A DNA stretch of 64,000 nucleotides from Hormiphora californensis (GCA_020137815.1 CM035352.1:3906001-3970000); one strand, 5' to 3'. Counted from the first letter of the stretch, positions 39,247 through 53,284 are shown. Translations and numbers: made by a program. Notes: generated from the sequence alone by a model not told the origin.

Positions 39247-39684
39247 CTGGGTTTGGGGAACCCACTATGTGAACTTAACTTCACATCCCAATATTCCATT
39301 CAACAACAATCTCTTGATCATTCTCATTTCTCATTCAGTGAAACGTAGTTCAATGCGAATTCAATGCGAATTGAATATGATATTTATTGAGTATAATGGT
39401 TCGATTTGAAGCAAACAATGAACATTTTCAATGCTTGTATGGAAGATGATCTATACTTGATCAATGTACTTGTTAATGTTACATTTCTAATTACAATTGT
39501 TGTTGGATCTCCCATCAATTCTGAGAGGTTTCGTAACCCCTACGGCCAAACATGCTACGTGATGTCTGCCCCAAGCTTCAAGTTGGGTCGCCACCCCTCG
39601 CGGACAACTCATTCACGAACACCCATGATAGTGTCGTCCATATATCACTTATGCGATAGTCCCTAGTGGGTTCCCCAAACCCAG
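39247..39684. mobile_element. Small TIR element
   Basis: 21-bp perfect inverted repeat CTGGGTTTGGGGAACCCACTA / TAGTGGGTTCCCCAAACCCAG. Confidence 0.6.
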
Positions 39685-40127
39685 ACACTCTTAACAGGGT
39701 GTGAACTGCATGTCGTGTTTGCTAGTCGCGAGCGCGCTTGCGAGACAAGCAAACACGTCAAGGTTCATTAACAAGCATGCTGCTCAGTCATTTTAGATTT
39801 AATACACAATGTAAGGATACCATGTAATAGGTGAGACTCTTGCCGTCACCCTCGTTCAAGTCCCGTGAAAAACGGAGCAGTACACGCAAACTGATGCCCA
39901 TTTTCCTCGCGTGACCCCGATTCAGCAGTTTGAGACACCAACTCTTTAGGGGGCCATATCTCAGGAACCAGACAAGATAGGAAAAATCGCCGTCTAATGA
40001 GGCGTACAGTTTTTAATCTAGTTTACCACTGTACCGGCCGTTTCACTCTCCGACCTAAAACAAAAATCGCAACCCCACAAAACTTCAAAATAATGAAATT
40101 CACATCTCGCATGTCGTGTTGCATGTC

Positions 40128-40820
40128 AGAGCTTGTAATGGCCAAATGTTTATGAGCCGCATGAAGATATGAGCCGCATGAAGATGAGCCGCATGAAGAT
40201 ATTCAATGACAAACTTGAACTACAAACGACAGTTACCCATACTTGTCCCCCCGCCCCCCCCCCCCCCCTAACCCCCTAGCTCCTTGAATTTTTGGTTTTA
40301 TTAGCGTTTATTTATTTATTATTCTATTTGTGTTGGGTTCCGGTTCAGCGTCTCGTAGCGTGGCCCCTAGGATGGTTAACCACTATAATACTGGGTGCAA
40401 GCTGTAACTGCATATATTGCAGCCTGTCCAACCTAGTATAACCGGTTTTTCCCTCTGGTGAGTTATACCATATTTGGGTGCACCTCCCCTGCTCTCTCTT
40501 CCCCCCCTCTCTTTTCTTGACCCGGTTTTGACCTGTGTGTTCGTTTAATAGTTTGTTCTCTAGTTTTTGGGTTTAGTAGTTATTTGTCGTTTTAGAATTT
40601 TTAAGTCGTTGTAGTCGTTTTTAGTACTTGTGGTCGTTTTAGTCTTTAGTTGTGTTGTAGTAATTTATTTAGTTGATCTATCGAGATATATTCATTTTGT
40701 AAAGTTACCATTTTCTTTAGTTCTGAAGAAGGCGTTGACGCCGAAACTGTTAACAAACCACAGTGTTTTACATGTTGTCCAACCCTAGAGGCCGCCGGTA
40801 TACTCTACTAACAATATATA
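40128..40820 (+). mobile_element. 693-bp insertion in the left foldback arm, probably a Penelope-like/retrozyme-type non-autonomous retroelement
   Basis: Absent from the right arm, flanked by TGTTGCATGTC on both sides, and carries a hammerhead core motif. Confidence 0.6.
40716..40757 (+). ncRNA. Candidate minimal type I hammerhead ribozyme
   Basis: GTT-CTGAAGA-A-GGCG(TTGA)CGCC-GAAAC-T-GTT-AAC: both core boxes, a 4-bp stem II, a minimal stem III and a short stem I. Confidence 0.55.
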
Positions 40821-43681
40821 TGTTGCATGTCGTGTTGCATGTCGTGTCATGTTATTGACGCGCTCGCGTTCAACTCTCACGCAGCAGCTGCAGAACATGG
40901 CGGGAAACATCGAGGAGTAGAGAGAGGGTCGGTGCCGAATCAAATATTTCTTGATCTTGATCTACTCCATCTCTCAGCTATCCTACCCCTCATCAACTCG
41001 ATCTCTCAGCTACCCTACCCCTCATCTACTCAATTTTTCAGCTACCCTACCCCTCATCTACTCCATCTTTCAGCTACCCTACCCCTTATCTAGTCTATCT
41101 CTCAGCTACCCTACTCCTCATCTTCTCCATCTCTCTACATCCCATTTACTCCATCTCTCAGCTTCCCTATTAGGGAAGCATAGAGATGGAAACGATTAGG
41201 GGTAGGGAATCCCTATCCATAATCGTTTCCATCTCTATGCTTCCCTAGCCCTCATCAACTCCATCTTTCAGCTACCCTACCCCTAATCTAGTCCATCTCT
41301 CCGCTACCCTACTCCTCATCTACTCCATCTCTCAGCTACCCTACCTCCCATTTACTCCATCTCTCAGCTTCCCTACCTCCCATTTACTCCATCTCTCAGC
41401 TTTCCTACCTCCCATTTACTCCATCTCTCAGCTTACCTACCTCCCATTTACTCCATATCTCAGCTTCCCTACCTGCCATTTACTCCATCTCTCAGATACC
41501 CTACCTCCCATTTACTCCATCTCTCAGCTTACCTACCTTCCATTTACTCCATCTCTCAGCTTCCCTACCTCCCATTTACTCCATCCCTCAGCTACCCTAC
41601 CTCCCATTTGATCCATCTCTCAGCTTCCCTACCTCCCATTTACTCCATTTCTCAGCTTCCCTACCTCTCATTTACTTACTCCATCTCTCAGCTACCCTAC
41701 CTCCCATTTACTCCATCTCTCAGCTTCCCTACCTCCCATTTACTCCATTTCTCAGCTACCCTACCTCCCATTTACTCCATCTCTCAGCTTCCCTACCTCC
41801 CATTTACTCCATCCCTCAGCTACCCTACCTCCCATTTGATCCATCTCTCAGCTTCCCTACCTCCCATTTACTCCATTTCTCAGCTTCCCTACCTCTCATT
41901 TAGTACTCCATCTCTCAGCTTCCCTACCTCCCATTTACTCCATCTCTCAGCTTCCCTACCTCCCATTTACTCCATCTCTCAGCTACCCTACCTCCCATTT
42001 ACTCCATTTCTCAGCTACCCTACCTCCCATTTACTCCATCTCTCAACTTCCCTACCTCCCTTTTACTCCATCTCTCAGCTACCCTACCTCCCATTTACTC
42101 CATCTCTCAGCTTCCCTACCTCCCATTTACTCCATCGCTTACCTTCCCTACCTCCCATTTACTCCATCTCTCAGCTTCCCTACCTCCCATTTACTCCATC
42201 TCTCATTTATCCCAACATTCCTACCCCTGAGAGATGGAGTAAATGGGAGGTAGGGAAGCTGAGAGATGGAGTAAATGGGAGGTAGGGAAGCTGAGAGATG
42301 GAGTAAATGGGAGGTAGGGAAGCTGAGAGATGGAGTAAATGGGAGGTAGGGTAGCTGAGAGATGGAGTAAATGGGAGGAAGGGAAGCTGAGAGATGGAGT
42401 AAATGGAAGGTAAGGTAGCTGAGAGATGGAGTAAATGGGAGGTAGGGAAGCTGAGAGATGGAGTAAATGGGAGGTAGGGTAGCTGAGAGATGGAGTAAAT
42501 GGGAGGAAGGGAAGCTGAGAGATGGAGTAAATGGAAGGTAAGGTAGCTGAGAGATGGAGTAGATGAGGAGTAGGGTAGCGGAGAGATGGACTAGATTAGG
42601 GGTAGGGTAGCTGAAAGATGGAGTTGATGAGGGCTAGGGAAGCATAGAGATGGAAACGATTATGGATAGGAATTCCCTACCCCTAATCGTTTCCATCTCT
42701 ATGCTTCCCTAATAGGGAAGCTGAGAGATGGAGTAGATGAGGAGTAGGGTAGCTGAAAGATGGAGTAGATGAGGGGTAGGGTAGCTGAAAAATTGAGTAG
42801 ATGAGGGGTAGGGTAGCTGAGAGATCGAGTTGATGAGGGGTAGGATAGCTGAGAGATGGAGTAGATCAAGATCAAGAAATATTTGATTCGGCACCGACCC
42901 TCTCTCTACTCCTCGATGTTTCCCGCCATGTTCTGCAGCTGCTGCGTGAGAGTTGAACGCGAGCGCGTCAATAACATGACACGACATGCAACACGACATG
43001 CAACACGACATGCGAGATGCGAATTTCATTATTTTGAAGTTTTGTGGGGTTGCGATTTTTGTTTTAGGTCGGAGAGTGAAACGGCCGGTACAGTGGTAAA
43101 CTAGATTAAAAACTGTACGCCTCATTAGACGGCGATTTTTCCTATCTTGTCTGGTTCCTGAGATATGGCCCCCTAAAGAGTTGGTGTCTCAAACTGCTGA
43201 ATCGGGGTCACGCGAGGAAAATGGGCATCAGTTTGCGTGTACTGCTCCGTTTTTCACGGGACTTGAACGAGGGTGACGGCAAGAGTCTCACCTATTACAT
43301 GGTATCCTTACATTGTGTATTAAATCTAAAATGACTGAGCAGCATGCTTGTTAATGAACCTTGACGTGTTTGCTTGTCTCGCAAGCGCGCTCGCGACTAG
43401 CAAACACGACATGCAGTTCACACCCTGCTTAAGATTCAAGAAGAAGAAGAAGTTGGGTCGCTGCAGCACTATCTTGCGGTGATCTGTAACAGATCCTGAC
43501 CTGCATGTTCCCAACACCTGTCATTACTATGACACGGTGGGTTGGGTCATTGGCATGTTGCATCACCATGGGATTGTTCCAGGCCCCGCCCTCTTTCAAG
43601 CTTGGTGTTAGCATAGTTACCATGGACGTCAGCATCATATGTCTCGCTTGAACATAGCTATATAGTCCTTTCTTTCTGGCT

Positions 43682-43687
<6 letters not shown>

Positions 43688-43744
<57 letters not shown>
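43688..43744. repeat. (CT)n microsatellite
   Basis: Direct reading. Confidence 0.95.
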
Positions 43745-43747
<3 letters not shown>

Positions 43748-46737
43748 CTCCCTCTCTCCCTCTTTCTATCATATATATTTTCTCTCTATCATCCACATCA
43801 CCAACAGCTCTCCTCCTGTCACCCCCACCCCCTCGTCCCACGCCAGATGTTATCAGAAGAGATCTCATTAGTCCAACAACCCGAGCAAGAGGAACTGCAC
43901 CTCTGTCAGAGAACCAATTTGTAATATATAAATGCATTGTTAAGGGCACATATATTGGGATTGTAGGAGAGGTTACAGAGCCAGAATATATAGCGTAGTA
44001 ACTCCGATAAAAGGATTATCTTGAGCTGCCCTAAATGGGAAGAGCTTTAATAGCTTAATAGCTTTCACACGAAGTTCCAGTTTAGGGAGCTTAAAGCTTT
44101 TCTTTATTCTAGGCCTAGAATACGTATTTAATACGTATTAAATACGTATTCACGCGCCTATTTATTATGTATTATCGAAATAAATACACATTATATTCTG
44201 ACTAGGGTATCTATTTGTTTTTAGCCAGTCCTCAGGCCTCGAGGTTAATTTAAAGCTTGATTTGTTATCAATCGTTTAGGCTGATCCTGGCACACGTCTT
44301 CTGTATAGACAAAGCGGACTGATAATTAAAAGGTCATTTCCCCCGTCAAAGGTTTGTAAAGGAGGGTCGCCCCTATTATAACACCATCGTTGTGTTCAGT
44401 CCCTAGAGCCGCCATCATGGTCACAGTTAGTTATCACTGCACATATAGCATCTGCTACACCGAGAATAGCATATTATATATTGGGAGCCTTGTTGTGTAT
44501 GCTATGTTGCACCCTAGCCAACACTGTGTCTCAGCTCCAAATTCATTTTTCCAATTGACACAGTTTAGTTTCAGGATTCTTAATTTATCAAGAACTGTAA
44601 CTATAGTAATAGTTTTGCCTCTTTTTAGAGTGGGATCCCCACTGCCAGAATTACTTCGACACTATTTGATAATAGCTCTTTGTACTGGACAGAAAGTGAT
44701 TGCAACAATTAACAGCTCGTTATTTTACGACATCCAGTGCATACGTCTTATTGTGTCTTTCTCACTATGATAGTATATATGCTGCCTACACAGTATAGTT
44801 GTTGTGTATTATATCGCGACACACGGATCTCCGGAAATATATGATATCAAGGACATTGTGCTAATTCATTAGCCGCCATGATATACTATACTATATATAT
44901 ATACTGCTGCATAGTGATTAGCATAGAGAAGAGTATAGCGTTAGGTGTGGTTGAGATATAAAGGTTTCCTTGTAATTTCAAACCGCTACTATAATAGTAG
45001 CTCAGCCCTGGCTTAACAGTACCTGGCTTAACAGCTTACCTCGAGGGTAGGTCATGGGCCTATTGGGCCTACAGCTGATGATATTACTGATGATATTACT
45101 GATGATATTTATCATTGCCTTTATTGAGAAAAACAATCTGTGATAAATATCAGATCAGCAATGAGGACCAGGCCCAACTGGCCACGTTCTGTCTGGAACT
45201 GCCCTTGAGCTACTGCAGCAGCTAAGTCAGAGCCGAATCCGTTTGGACAGGTTACTCAGGCAGTGCCAATATATAGTTTCCAGGAAGATTCTTATCCCAA
45301 TAATTTCGGTACCACCCGCCTGCATACAGATATGGTTCCCTTCGGCGTTTCCGACAGGCCGTTATAGCCCCTAAATACCCCTCTGAGAGAGAGAGAGAGA
45401 TGGCGAAGAATAGAAGCTTCATTGAATCATAGTACCGTCCTACTACACCCGGTATAGGTATGCAGTAGAGGGGCAGAGTAGAAGTTATACTGAACAGGGC
45501 ATGATGTAGCTGTAAAGTTACAGGCTGAGCTACCTGCACTACACGTATGGCATTACAATACAGTTTGTACGCTAACTGCATTGATCCATGCAGCAATACC
45601 TGCACTGTTACGTTGTACTACTTTTATAGCTGCAGTGTATAGGTCACATGTGTAGCGCTAAAAAACAGTTCACACCACCATTCTGCAATGCTTGCATCAC
45701 AGTATAAGTGAGTATAGATAGAGCAGTATTACGTTTAATATTAGCTGACAAAATGACACTTGCAAAGTGCAAGTCTTGCAGGCGATAATTTTCATTTAAA
45801 TCTCCATCTTACTGTATTATTTTTATGACATTTCCTCTGGGTTAAATATCTTTATGTTGAGGCTTTATAATGACGTGTAGCAGGAGCTGTAACTGTCAAT
45901 CGTTATTATAGGTGTACGACAACTAGTATCCTAACAACTGACAGATCTCTATAATGCATATATTACTGTTGGTCAATGGTGTTGTTTGGTGGATTTGACG
46001 CCAATACGTCATGTTATAAGCGATCATGGACCCGACCGCACAATTTGGTATTGCTTGCGTGCGGTAATAATATTCACCGAATTATTGGTCTCTGCAGAGA
46101 ACACATAAAACTTCCGGCTTTCCCGAAATCTTAAATACCAGGTATTACTATTAGCATGACTGGCCTCTGAGAGCTATTTTAAATTTAGATGCCCGTATAA
46201 ATTTAGATTATAGTTCTTTAAAAATATATTTACGGTGGTTTCATAAATGTATTTCATCAAACCAAATTCTTCCGCATATAATACGGGGGAGGGGATAATC
46301 GGGGGGACGATTATAATATATCGCAGCTAGTGCACATGTGCCTATACGCATTCCGATAAATCTAAGCTGACGCGGAAGTGCTCCCGCTCGTTATCACATC
46401 GCGTAGAGCTGTTGGGTTATGGTAGTTATTTATATGACGTACACACACCCCAACTGTTATATAATGGCAAGCTTGATGACGAAGGACTGTACTGCACCTT
46501 TTGATACCGTATTTGAGAGCAAATGCCTAGGGGACAAACACAGTACCATTAGGATATATGATGGAAACCCCAAGCCTGTGTATCGTATATAATATTTGCT
46601 TTGCAACCTGTACAGTATATCCATGTTTCAAAGTGTTGTGCATATAATTTGCCAAGTTAGACTGTTTTTCGCGCGCCCTGCGGGCGAAATACCTTTACAA
46701 ATGTAAAGGGAGGGTTAGAACATAACAACATATAATA

Positions 46738-47615
46738 ACGTGTTGGGCAAAAAAAATGTCCCCCCTAGACTAGCATAGTTCCAGATATCGTAGAGCTCTA
46801 AAATTTTACACAGCTGTTCTATGGGACAAATAAATAGGTGCCACAAAATTTCAGACTTTTAGCTCAAAGTTCTTTTTTTTTTATAGGAATGAACATTGTC
46901 ATTCATTCCAAAAAACATGATTATTCGTTCTAGAAGTCAGGCAATTGTCTTTGGCTATCGATTTTCTTTCAAATGCGACCAAGAAAAGCCAAAACGGACA
47001 ACCACAAGGCACACAGTGGTCATGTTTCTGACAGTTAGTCAGGTTATGTGATCCCCACCGAATCGAGAATTGCTAATCAGGCTTAGTGGGGAAGAATCAC
47101 GTATCACAGTCGCTAATGAGGGATGTGTATTGAAAAAGCGACATGTGATTCGAGAGCACTTGGCTAAAGAGGCCACTTGTTAATGAGCTTCGGATCTCAT
47201 GACCAATCGTCATCGTCATCCCTCATTAGCGGCTGTGTTACGTGATTCTCCACCACTAAGCCTGATTAGCGATTCTGAATAACTTACACGATTCGGTGGG
47301 GATCACATGACCTGACTAACTGTCAGAAACATGACCACTGTGTGCCTTGTGGTTGTCCGTTTTGGCTTTTCTTGGTCGCATTTGAAAGAAAATCGATAGC
47401 CAAAGACAATTGCCTGCCTTCTGGACCGAATAATCATGTTTTTTGGAATGAATGACAATGTTCATTCCTATCAAAAAAATGAACTTTGGGCTAAAAGTCT
47501 GAAATTTTGTGGAACCTATTTATTTGTCCCATAGAACAGCTGTGTAAAATTTTAGAGCTCTACGATATCTGGAACTATGCTAGTCTAGGGGGGACATTTT
47601 TTTTGCCCAACACGT
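46738..47615. mobile_element. Palindromic MITE with TA TSD
   Basis: Near-perfect arms of more than 300 bp, ACGTGTTGGGCAAAAAAAATGTCCCCCCTAG..., with TA on both sides. Confidence 0.9.
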
Positions 47616-49308
47616 TATATTTTAGAATTTCTTTCCCGACATACTTTTTTCCGTTTTAAGAAAATAAAGAGAAGTTGAAGCTAGGTGAGAAAAGGAATTT
47701 GAAGCTGTACCTCCGTCCTCCACCCTCCTTTTCAACTGTAGAAATTAAATGTGCACTGGCCTTTCTCAAAAAACTTGAATGTCGTAGCGAAATATTTTCT
47801 TCCTTGCTTGCGTCAATCCCCTAAAGGCTCTGGTAATGTTCATACTCGTCTTCTTCTTGTTCATTCAGTTTTTATACTCAAAAAGGCTATACATTTCTCA
47901 CACAGCACACACTGAACTATAATATGACGTATATGAACGTATAGCGGTAAGTGGTAACTTTGGGCTAATTTTTCTGGCGCCGCCAGACCCCGTTTTGATT
48001 CAGTGCACTCAGATTGGGTCGGCGCCGCCAGACAGGGGCTAATTTACAGCTTGGCGAAACAAAGAAAAAACTCACGTTCCCTTCTCTTTGATGCAGATCA
48101 TTTTTCTGATCTTCATGATCTAGACCAGGAGTTTTACCACCCTAGTACACACGCATTGCGCAATATGCCTGCAGGTATATTTTAACATCGCACTTTACAA
48201 GTTGTGCCCTTCAAATCCGTGTAGGTTGCACAGCTGTTGATGCCTCCGTCCTTCAACCGATCCTTAGTTGTCGGAGGAGAAGTGAAGGAGAAAACGAGAG
48301 AGGGGAGAGAGATAGAGAGAGAGAGAGAGTAGAGGTATAGAGAGCAGGAGGATGAGATGGATCGTGACTCTCTCGCGTCGCTTTTCTCTCATCTCTCTCT
48401 TCTTTTTTTCCCTCTCACATGTCTCGTCTCGCGCTCTCTGCGCTTCCCTCGCGATCTCTCCCCTCTCTGCTCGCTCTCTTCCCCGCTCCCCCTGCGCTTC
48501 TCCTCTCTTCTTTCCTCTCGCTCCCTTCTCTCGCTCTCCTCTCCCTCTGCTCTGCTGCTCTCTCCCGGACGAAAGGAGTCGTAATACCTAGTTATCACTC
48601 GTCAGTGAGAGGAGATCTTCGGAGCCAGACGCCCAAGGAGAGGGAAGTTAGAAGGATGGTGGGAATACCTAGGTTATGACTCTCAGTGAAGAGTGGAGAT
48701 CTTGTGCGATGCCAAAGCCCAAAGGAGAGGGAAGTTTTAGTATATGGCATGGTAGGGCGATAGAAGTGATGAAAGAGAGAGAGAGGGGGAGTCAAAGCAG
48801 AGGGAGGGAGAGATAACATCGTACAGATCGTAGACTCGGTACGATGGTATAATTCACCTTGATGCTTATCGATCGAATAGCTATACCATTTTATATATAT
48901 CTGGTTGACTTGTTGCAGTATAACAAATCGTTTAGATTCGTACTCGTTCTAAACTTTTATATAAAGTTGCTTCCTAAATTTACAGCCCATCCCAAAATTA
49001 TAAAAAAAGCTTTGTTGATATATATTGTAACTATAAATCATGTAATTCAAAGGCTATTCTAGAAAGCAATCATTGTTGACAACTAGTTAATATACTGTCT
49101 GTATTTGAACACCTTACCCCCCAGTGTAACAGCTTTGCTGCAGGATCGCTTTGTAATCTTTTAGATCGATCTGCTTTGATGATGTGAGTTAATTCTTTGT
49201 ATCCCACGATCTGTGTGCCTTTCAGTAGCAGTAGTTATAAAGACGTCTATTATTGTTAATATTGTATTATTATTCTTTACCCCAAACATCTCTCCTTTTA
49301 GTCAAACC

Positions 49309-50978
49309 ATGATGAAAATTGAGAGCCTCGCCGAGATTCAGAAGCGTTTCCTGGCGTATGCAGCTCCCACATGCATGTTGATCGTGAGCCCCTTTGGCCT
49401 GAGCTTCGTGACCATCATGTTTGCAGGACGGCAGAGTAAGGAACTGCTGTCAGGGGTTGCTCTGGGCAACACCACCTACAACATCTTCATTATGAGCCTC
49501 ATGTGTGGCTTCTGCTCCCTACTCAGCACGTACGGACCCCAGGTGTATGGTTCACCCTCCACTAGACGGCAACTTGGTACTGTTGTCCAGAAGGTATTCC
49601 TGTTGGGTCTGGCGGCCTACCTCGTCGTCTTGGGTCCCTATCTGAGCTCTCTCCGGCTGATCAGATACGTCCTAGAATCGGTTAACGGACGTCCTACAAT
49701 CGCACGATCTTATCAGCTCAAACAGTAGCGTGGTGAACTTCGACGACATCCAGGATACGGCCCAGGTGTACATGGAGGGTACTTGGAGTTGGGCCATGTT
49801 GGACTTTACAATGCGCCTTGTCACCAAATACCTCTCCCTCCAATACCACTCTGCTGCAGTGTACGTGTGTACCGGACTACTCATAGTTCTACACGGTCCT
49901 CCTGACGTACCTCTTTACCTGCTACTGGGACATGCAGCTGGATGGACTGGTGCTGGGAGGCACTCTTAGCAGAGTCATCGCCCTGGTAGCCCTTCTTGGG
50001 TACTGTGTCTACCAAAGACACCACCTTGCCTGGGCGGGGCTTACAACTAAAGTCCTGAACAACTGGAAGGAAATGGTGATTTTGGGCCTCTCCGCCTCTG
50101 CTAATGTGTTCTCTGAGATGGGTATGTACGAGCTAGCCATCTTCTTCAGTCAGTTTAGGGGAGTCAACTACCTGGCGACCGTGGTGATATCCTTCCAGAT
50201 AATCACCCTTATCTACTCCACTACTTATGGGGTATGCTACGCTGCCGCTGCTCTTATCGGTACCGCCCTGGGCGAGGGGAATGAGGGCAAGACCAGGAGA
50301 TACATGAAGATATGTCTGGTTAATACAGTGGTGGAGAGCGTGGTGTTAGCTGTGGCGGGATATCTGGCGAGGTACAGGCTGGCCGCTCTCTTCACCGATG
50401 ACGAAATGGTGATCCAGGAGACGGGTGACATGCTGTGGATCCTGCTGATCGAGGTTCCCCTGGATCACGTGCAGACACTCTTCTCCTACGGAATCCTGGT
50501 AACTGTGGGTTGCCAAGTCTTCGTAGCAACCGCCCTGGCAACCATCTGCTATGGAATCTGTACCCCTGTCATGGCTGTCCTGATCTTCTTCACCCCGATG
50601 AAAGGCATAGGAGTGCTTTACGGTATGCTCCTCTTTGTCTTCCTCAGCTCGGTAGCGTGTGGTATCAAGATCCTCTCCCTGGACCTGGACCGGGAGATAG
50701 AGTGTGTGCAGGAGCGGGTACAGAGCTCCATCAGGCCCACTGACTACAAGGAGGAGGAGAAGAAGTGCCTGATAAAGGACGATACTGATGATACAGACGA
50801 GAGTCTACTTGAGGCGGGGGGTGTCATTGATGACATCGTGCTACAGGGATCGGACACGGTGTTATTTAATTGTGCTGACCTTAAGAACAATTGGCTGAAG
50901 GTTTTCCTTTTAGTAGGACTTTCCTTTGGCTGGTCCAGCGTTTTTGTAGCGAACTATGTGTCTTATCTTGTTCAGTAA
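49309..50978 (+). CDS. MATE (SLC47-like) multidrug/toxin extrusion transporter, single coding exon, two apparent +1 frameshifts (about 49700 and 49895)
   Basis: Motifs FAGRQSKELLSGVALGN, LSTYGPQVYG, WKEMVILGLSA..SEMGMYE, IGTALGEGN, LFTDDEMVI and GILVTVGCQ are spread over three consecutive frames. Confidence 0.85.
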
Positions 50979-52159
50979 TATATATTGTGGGTGATATATC
51001 TGCACCGATTTTAGCTTTTTTTTGTAAATTTCGATTTCAGGATGTACCTTACTCTACGAAATTAAGAACATGCTTTTAAGCAACCTAAAATTAAAATATA
51101 GGAAAATTAAGAGTTTTTCAGGTTTTGAATTTTATTTTTCTTTATTTAAGATTGCTTAATAGAAGATATTTTAATTATAGTTTGCTACATTATCTGGATC
51201 TTAATTTCGTAGAGTAAGGTATAATATTATTATTGTCGAATTCTACCGAGTAGAATAGTAGTAATATTTAGTTTGGTTCAAGATGTTAATTTAATGTTTT
51301 TGTTATTGCTACTCACTGACACAACAGTAATATCGGAGGATCGGTACCTGATTCTACCACCGCCACCACACGGTCACAGCTTCACACCGTTATAGAAATA
51401 AATTATTTCTAGCGATTATAGTTTTCAAAAGTGTATCCCAGAGATCCGTATTTTACATTCTGCTATTATTGCTAATTGCTGAGTATTTCCTTAAGCGTGT
51501 CATTGACGCAGAATTATCCAGTGCTTCAGGGCCCTGCAGGGTGACCCGCTTAACCCAGCTGCGAGTATTAAATAATGCTGCGTGAATTTTATGTACATGT
51601 GCGATTTTCAATTTTTAGTTGTGCAACAACCAGTTGTTTTCTGTTTTGGTAACAAAATAATTTCAACGTTTTTAAATATACACACACGTGGGAACAGATC
51701 TATAAGTACAGCTTTACATCTAACAGTATTTACAAGTGCAGCTCCCAAAAGAGCTGCATCACGGAACATGCATCTCTTTGTATTATAACAGTTCGGAAAG
51801 GTATTTAGCGATATATCTTCCTGTTCCACCAAATGTGGGGATCTACCAAAAGATCTTTCCAATAAAAGGCAGACCTGCCTTTATAAATCTGATATCTAAC
51901 CAGTGGAAGCTGATGATGATGGTGATAATATTTAGTAGCACTCTAGTTCCTCTGTGAATTGGAACCACCGCTCTCTTTGTCGTTCGTGTCTTGTTCCCCG
52001 CTCTGCCTCCCTGCAGAAGTCAGTCAATGTGAATATACTGTATATAGCTGTCAGAGCATTGGCCTGACCCATTCTCGGAGCGCGCGAGAACTGTGGTCAG
52101 AGCATTGGCCTGACAGGAATATTAATTAATATAGGGTAGGATTATAGACTAGGGCAATT

Positions 52160-53090
52160 TGGACTAAAGGTTGTGACGTTTTCCCCAAAAGGGTAAACCG
52201 GGGAAATTTGGGCCCACCGGGTAAATGGGAAATTTTAATAGGTGGGGTTTTCTTCATAAATAGCTATGGTAACGATGGTAATGCAGGAAACTTTCGAGTG
52301 TCGATAAACATTTTATTACACGAATTACGGTTAAAACCTAATTTTTAATAATAAAGTAAACGGGGGAAGGAAGGGGCAAAATCTCGTTTTATTACAAATT
52401 TAATTTACATCTCTAATGTGTTGCTATCTTCAGCTATATCTTCAGCTATATCTTCAGCTATATCTTCTGCTATATTTAACTTTTGGGTTTTAAAGATTTG
52501 TGACAGATGTCAAACTCGTTTGTCCTTTACAAAAGCGTTTATCATGATGAGCCTTAACGATGAGGTAAAGCCTCATGGGGCGATGCCCCAAAAAGAAAAG
52601 AAAGGGGGAGTAGAGAGAGGAGAGAGGGGAGAGAAAAGGAGAAAGCCAAAAGAAATAAAGGGGAGGGGGGAAAAAAGGAGGGGGGACAAGGCGAGAGGGG
52701 GGGGTGGGGGGCCGCCCCCCCGGTTTGGGGGAAAAGGGGAAAAAAAAAAAATAAAAAAATTTTCCCCCCAAATAGGGGCCCCCGGGGGGGGGAAAAAAAA
52801 AAAAAGGAAAATGGGGGAAAAGAAAAGGAAAAAAAAAAAATAAAAGGGGGGGGAAAGGGAAAAAAGGGGAAAGGGAAAAAAATTCCCCTTTACCTGACCC
52901 TTAAATGAGGGAATTGGGGCGGAAAAACATTTAATATAGAAACATTTTTAACGGGTTTCCTGCCGCAGTTGGGCCCCGGGCCAAATAAAAAAAATTTTTC
53001 CCCAAGGGAAAATGGGAGGGGAAACAAAGGGGCTGGGGCATTTTTCCCCTATCACGGTTAAACAGGGAAACGGTTCCTGGTGGGTTAATG
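52160..53090. other. Probable low-quality assembly segment
   Basis: Homopolymer-dominated sequence adjacent to a long (GA)n tract. Confidence 0.6.
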
Positions 53091-53195
53091 AGACAAGATG
53101 GAAGAATGTAAGAGCTCAGTAGCGATCAAACAGAAGAGCGGAAATGAAGAGAGGACTGAAGAGTGAGAGGTGAGGAAAGACGATGGAGCGAATGA

Positions 53196-53196
<1 letters not shown>

Positions 53197-53284
<88 letters not shown>

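Larger units (their letters stand above)
39695..43427. mobile_element. 3.7-kb foldback element with long arms and an internal 32-bp minisatellite in inverted orientation
   Basis: Termini CAGGGTGTGAACTGCATG / CATGCAGTTCACACCCTG and 5-bp TSD CTTAA (39690-39694, 43428-43432). The arms match over hundreds of bp. The unit CTCCCATTTACTCCATCTCTCAGCTTCCCTAC flips orientation near 42210-42230. Confidence 0.88.

Noticed and set aside
41230-42620. 32-bp repeat array as a CRISPR array, or the 225-aa ORF within it as a gene
   Set aside because: There are no unique spacers and the context is eukaryotic. It is a minisatellite inside a foldback element, and the ORF is a by-product.
52418-52843. K/G-rich ORF
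   Set aside because: It lies in homopolymer-rich, probably low-quality sequence.
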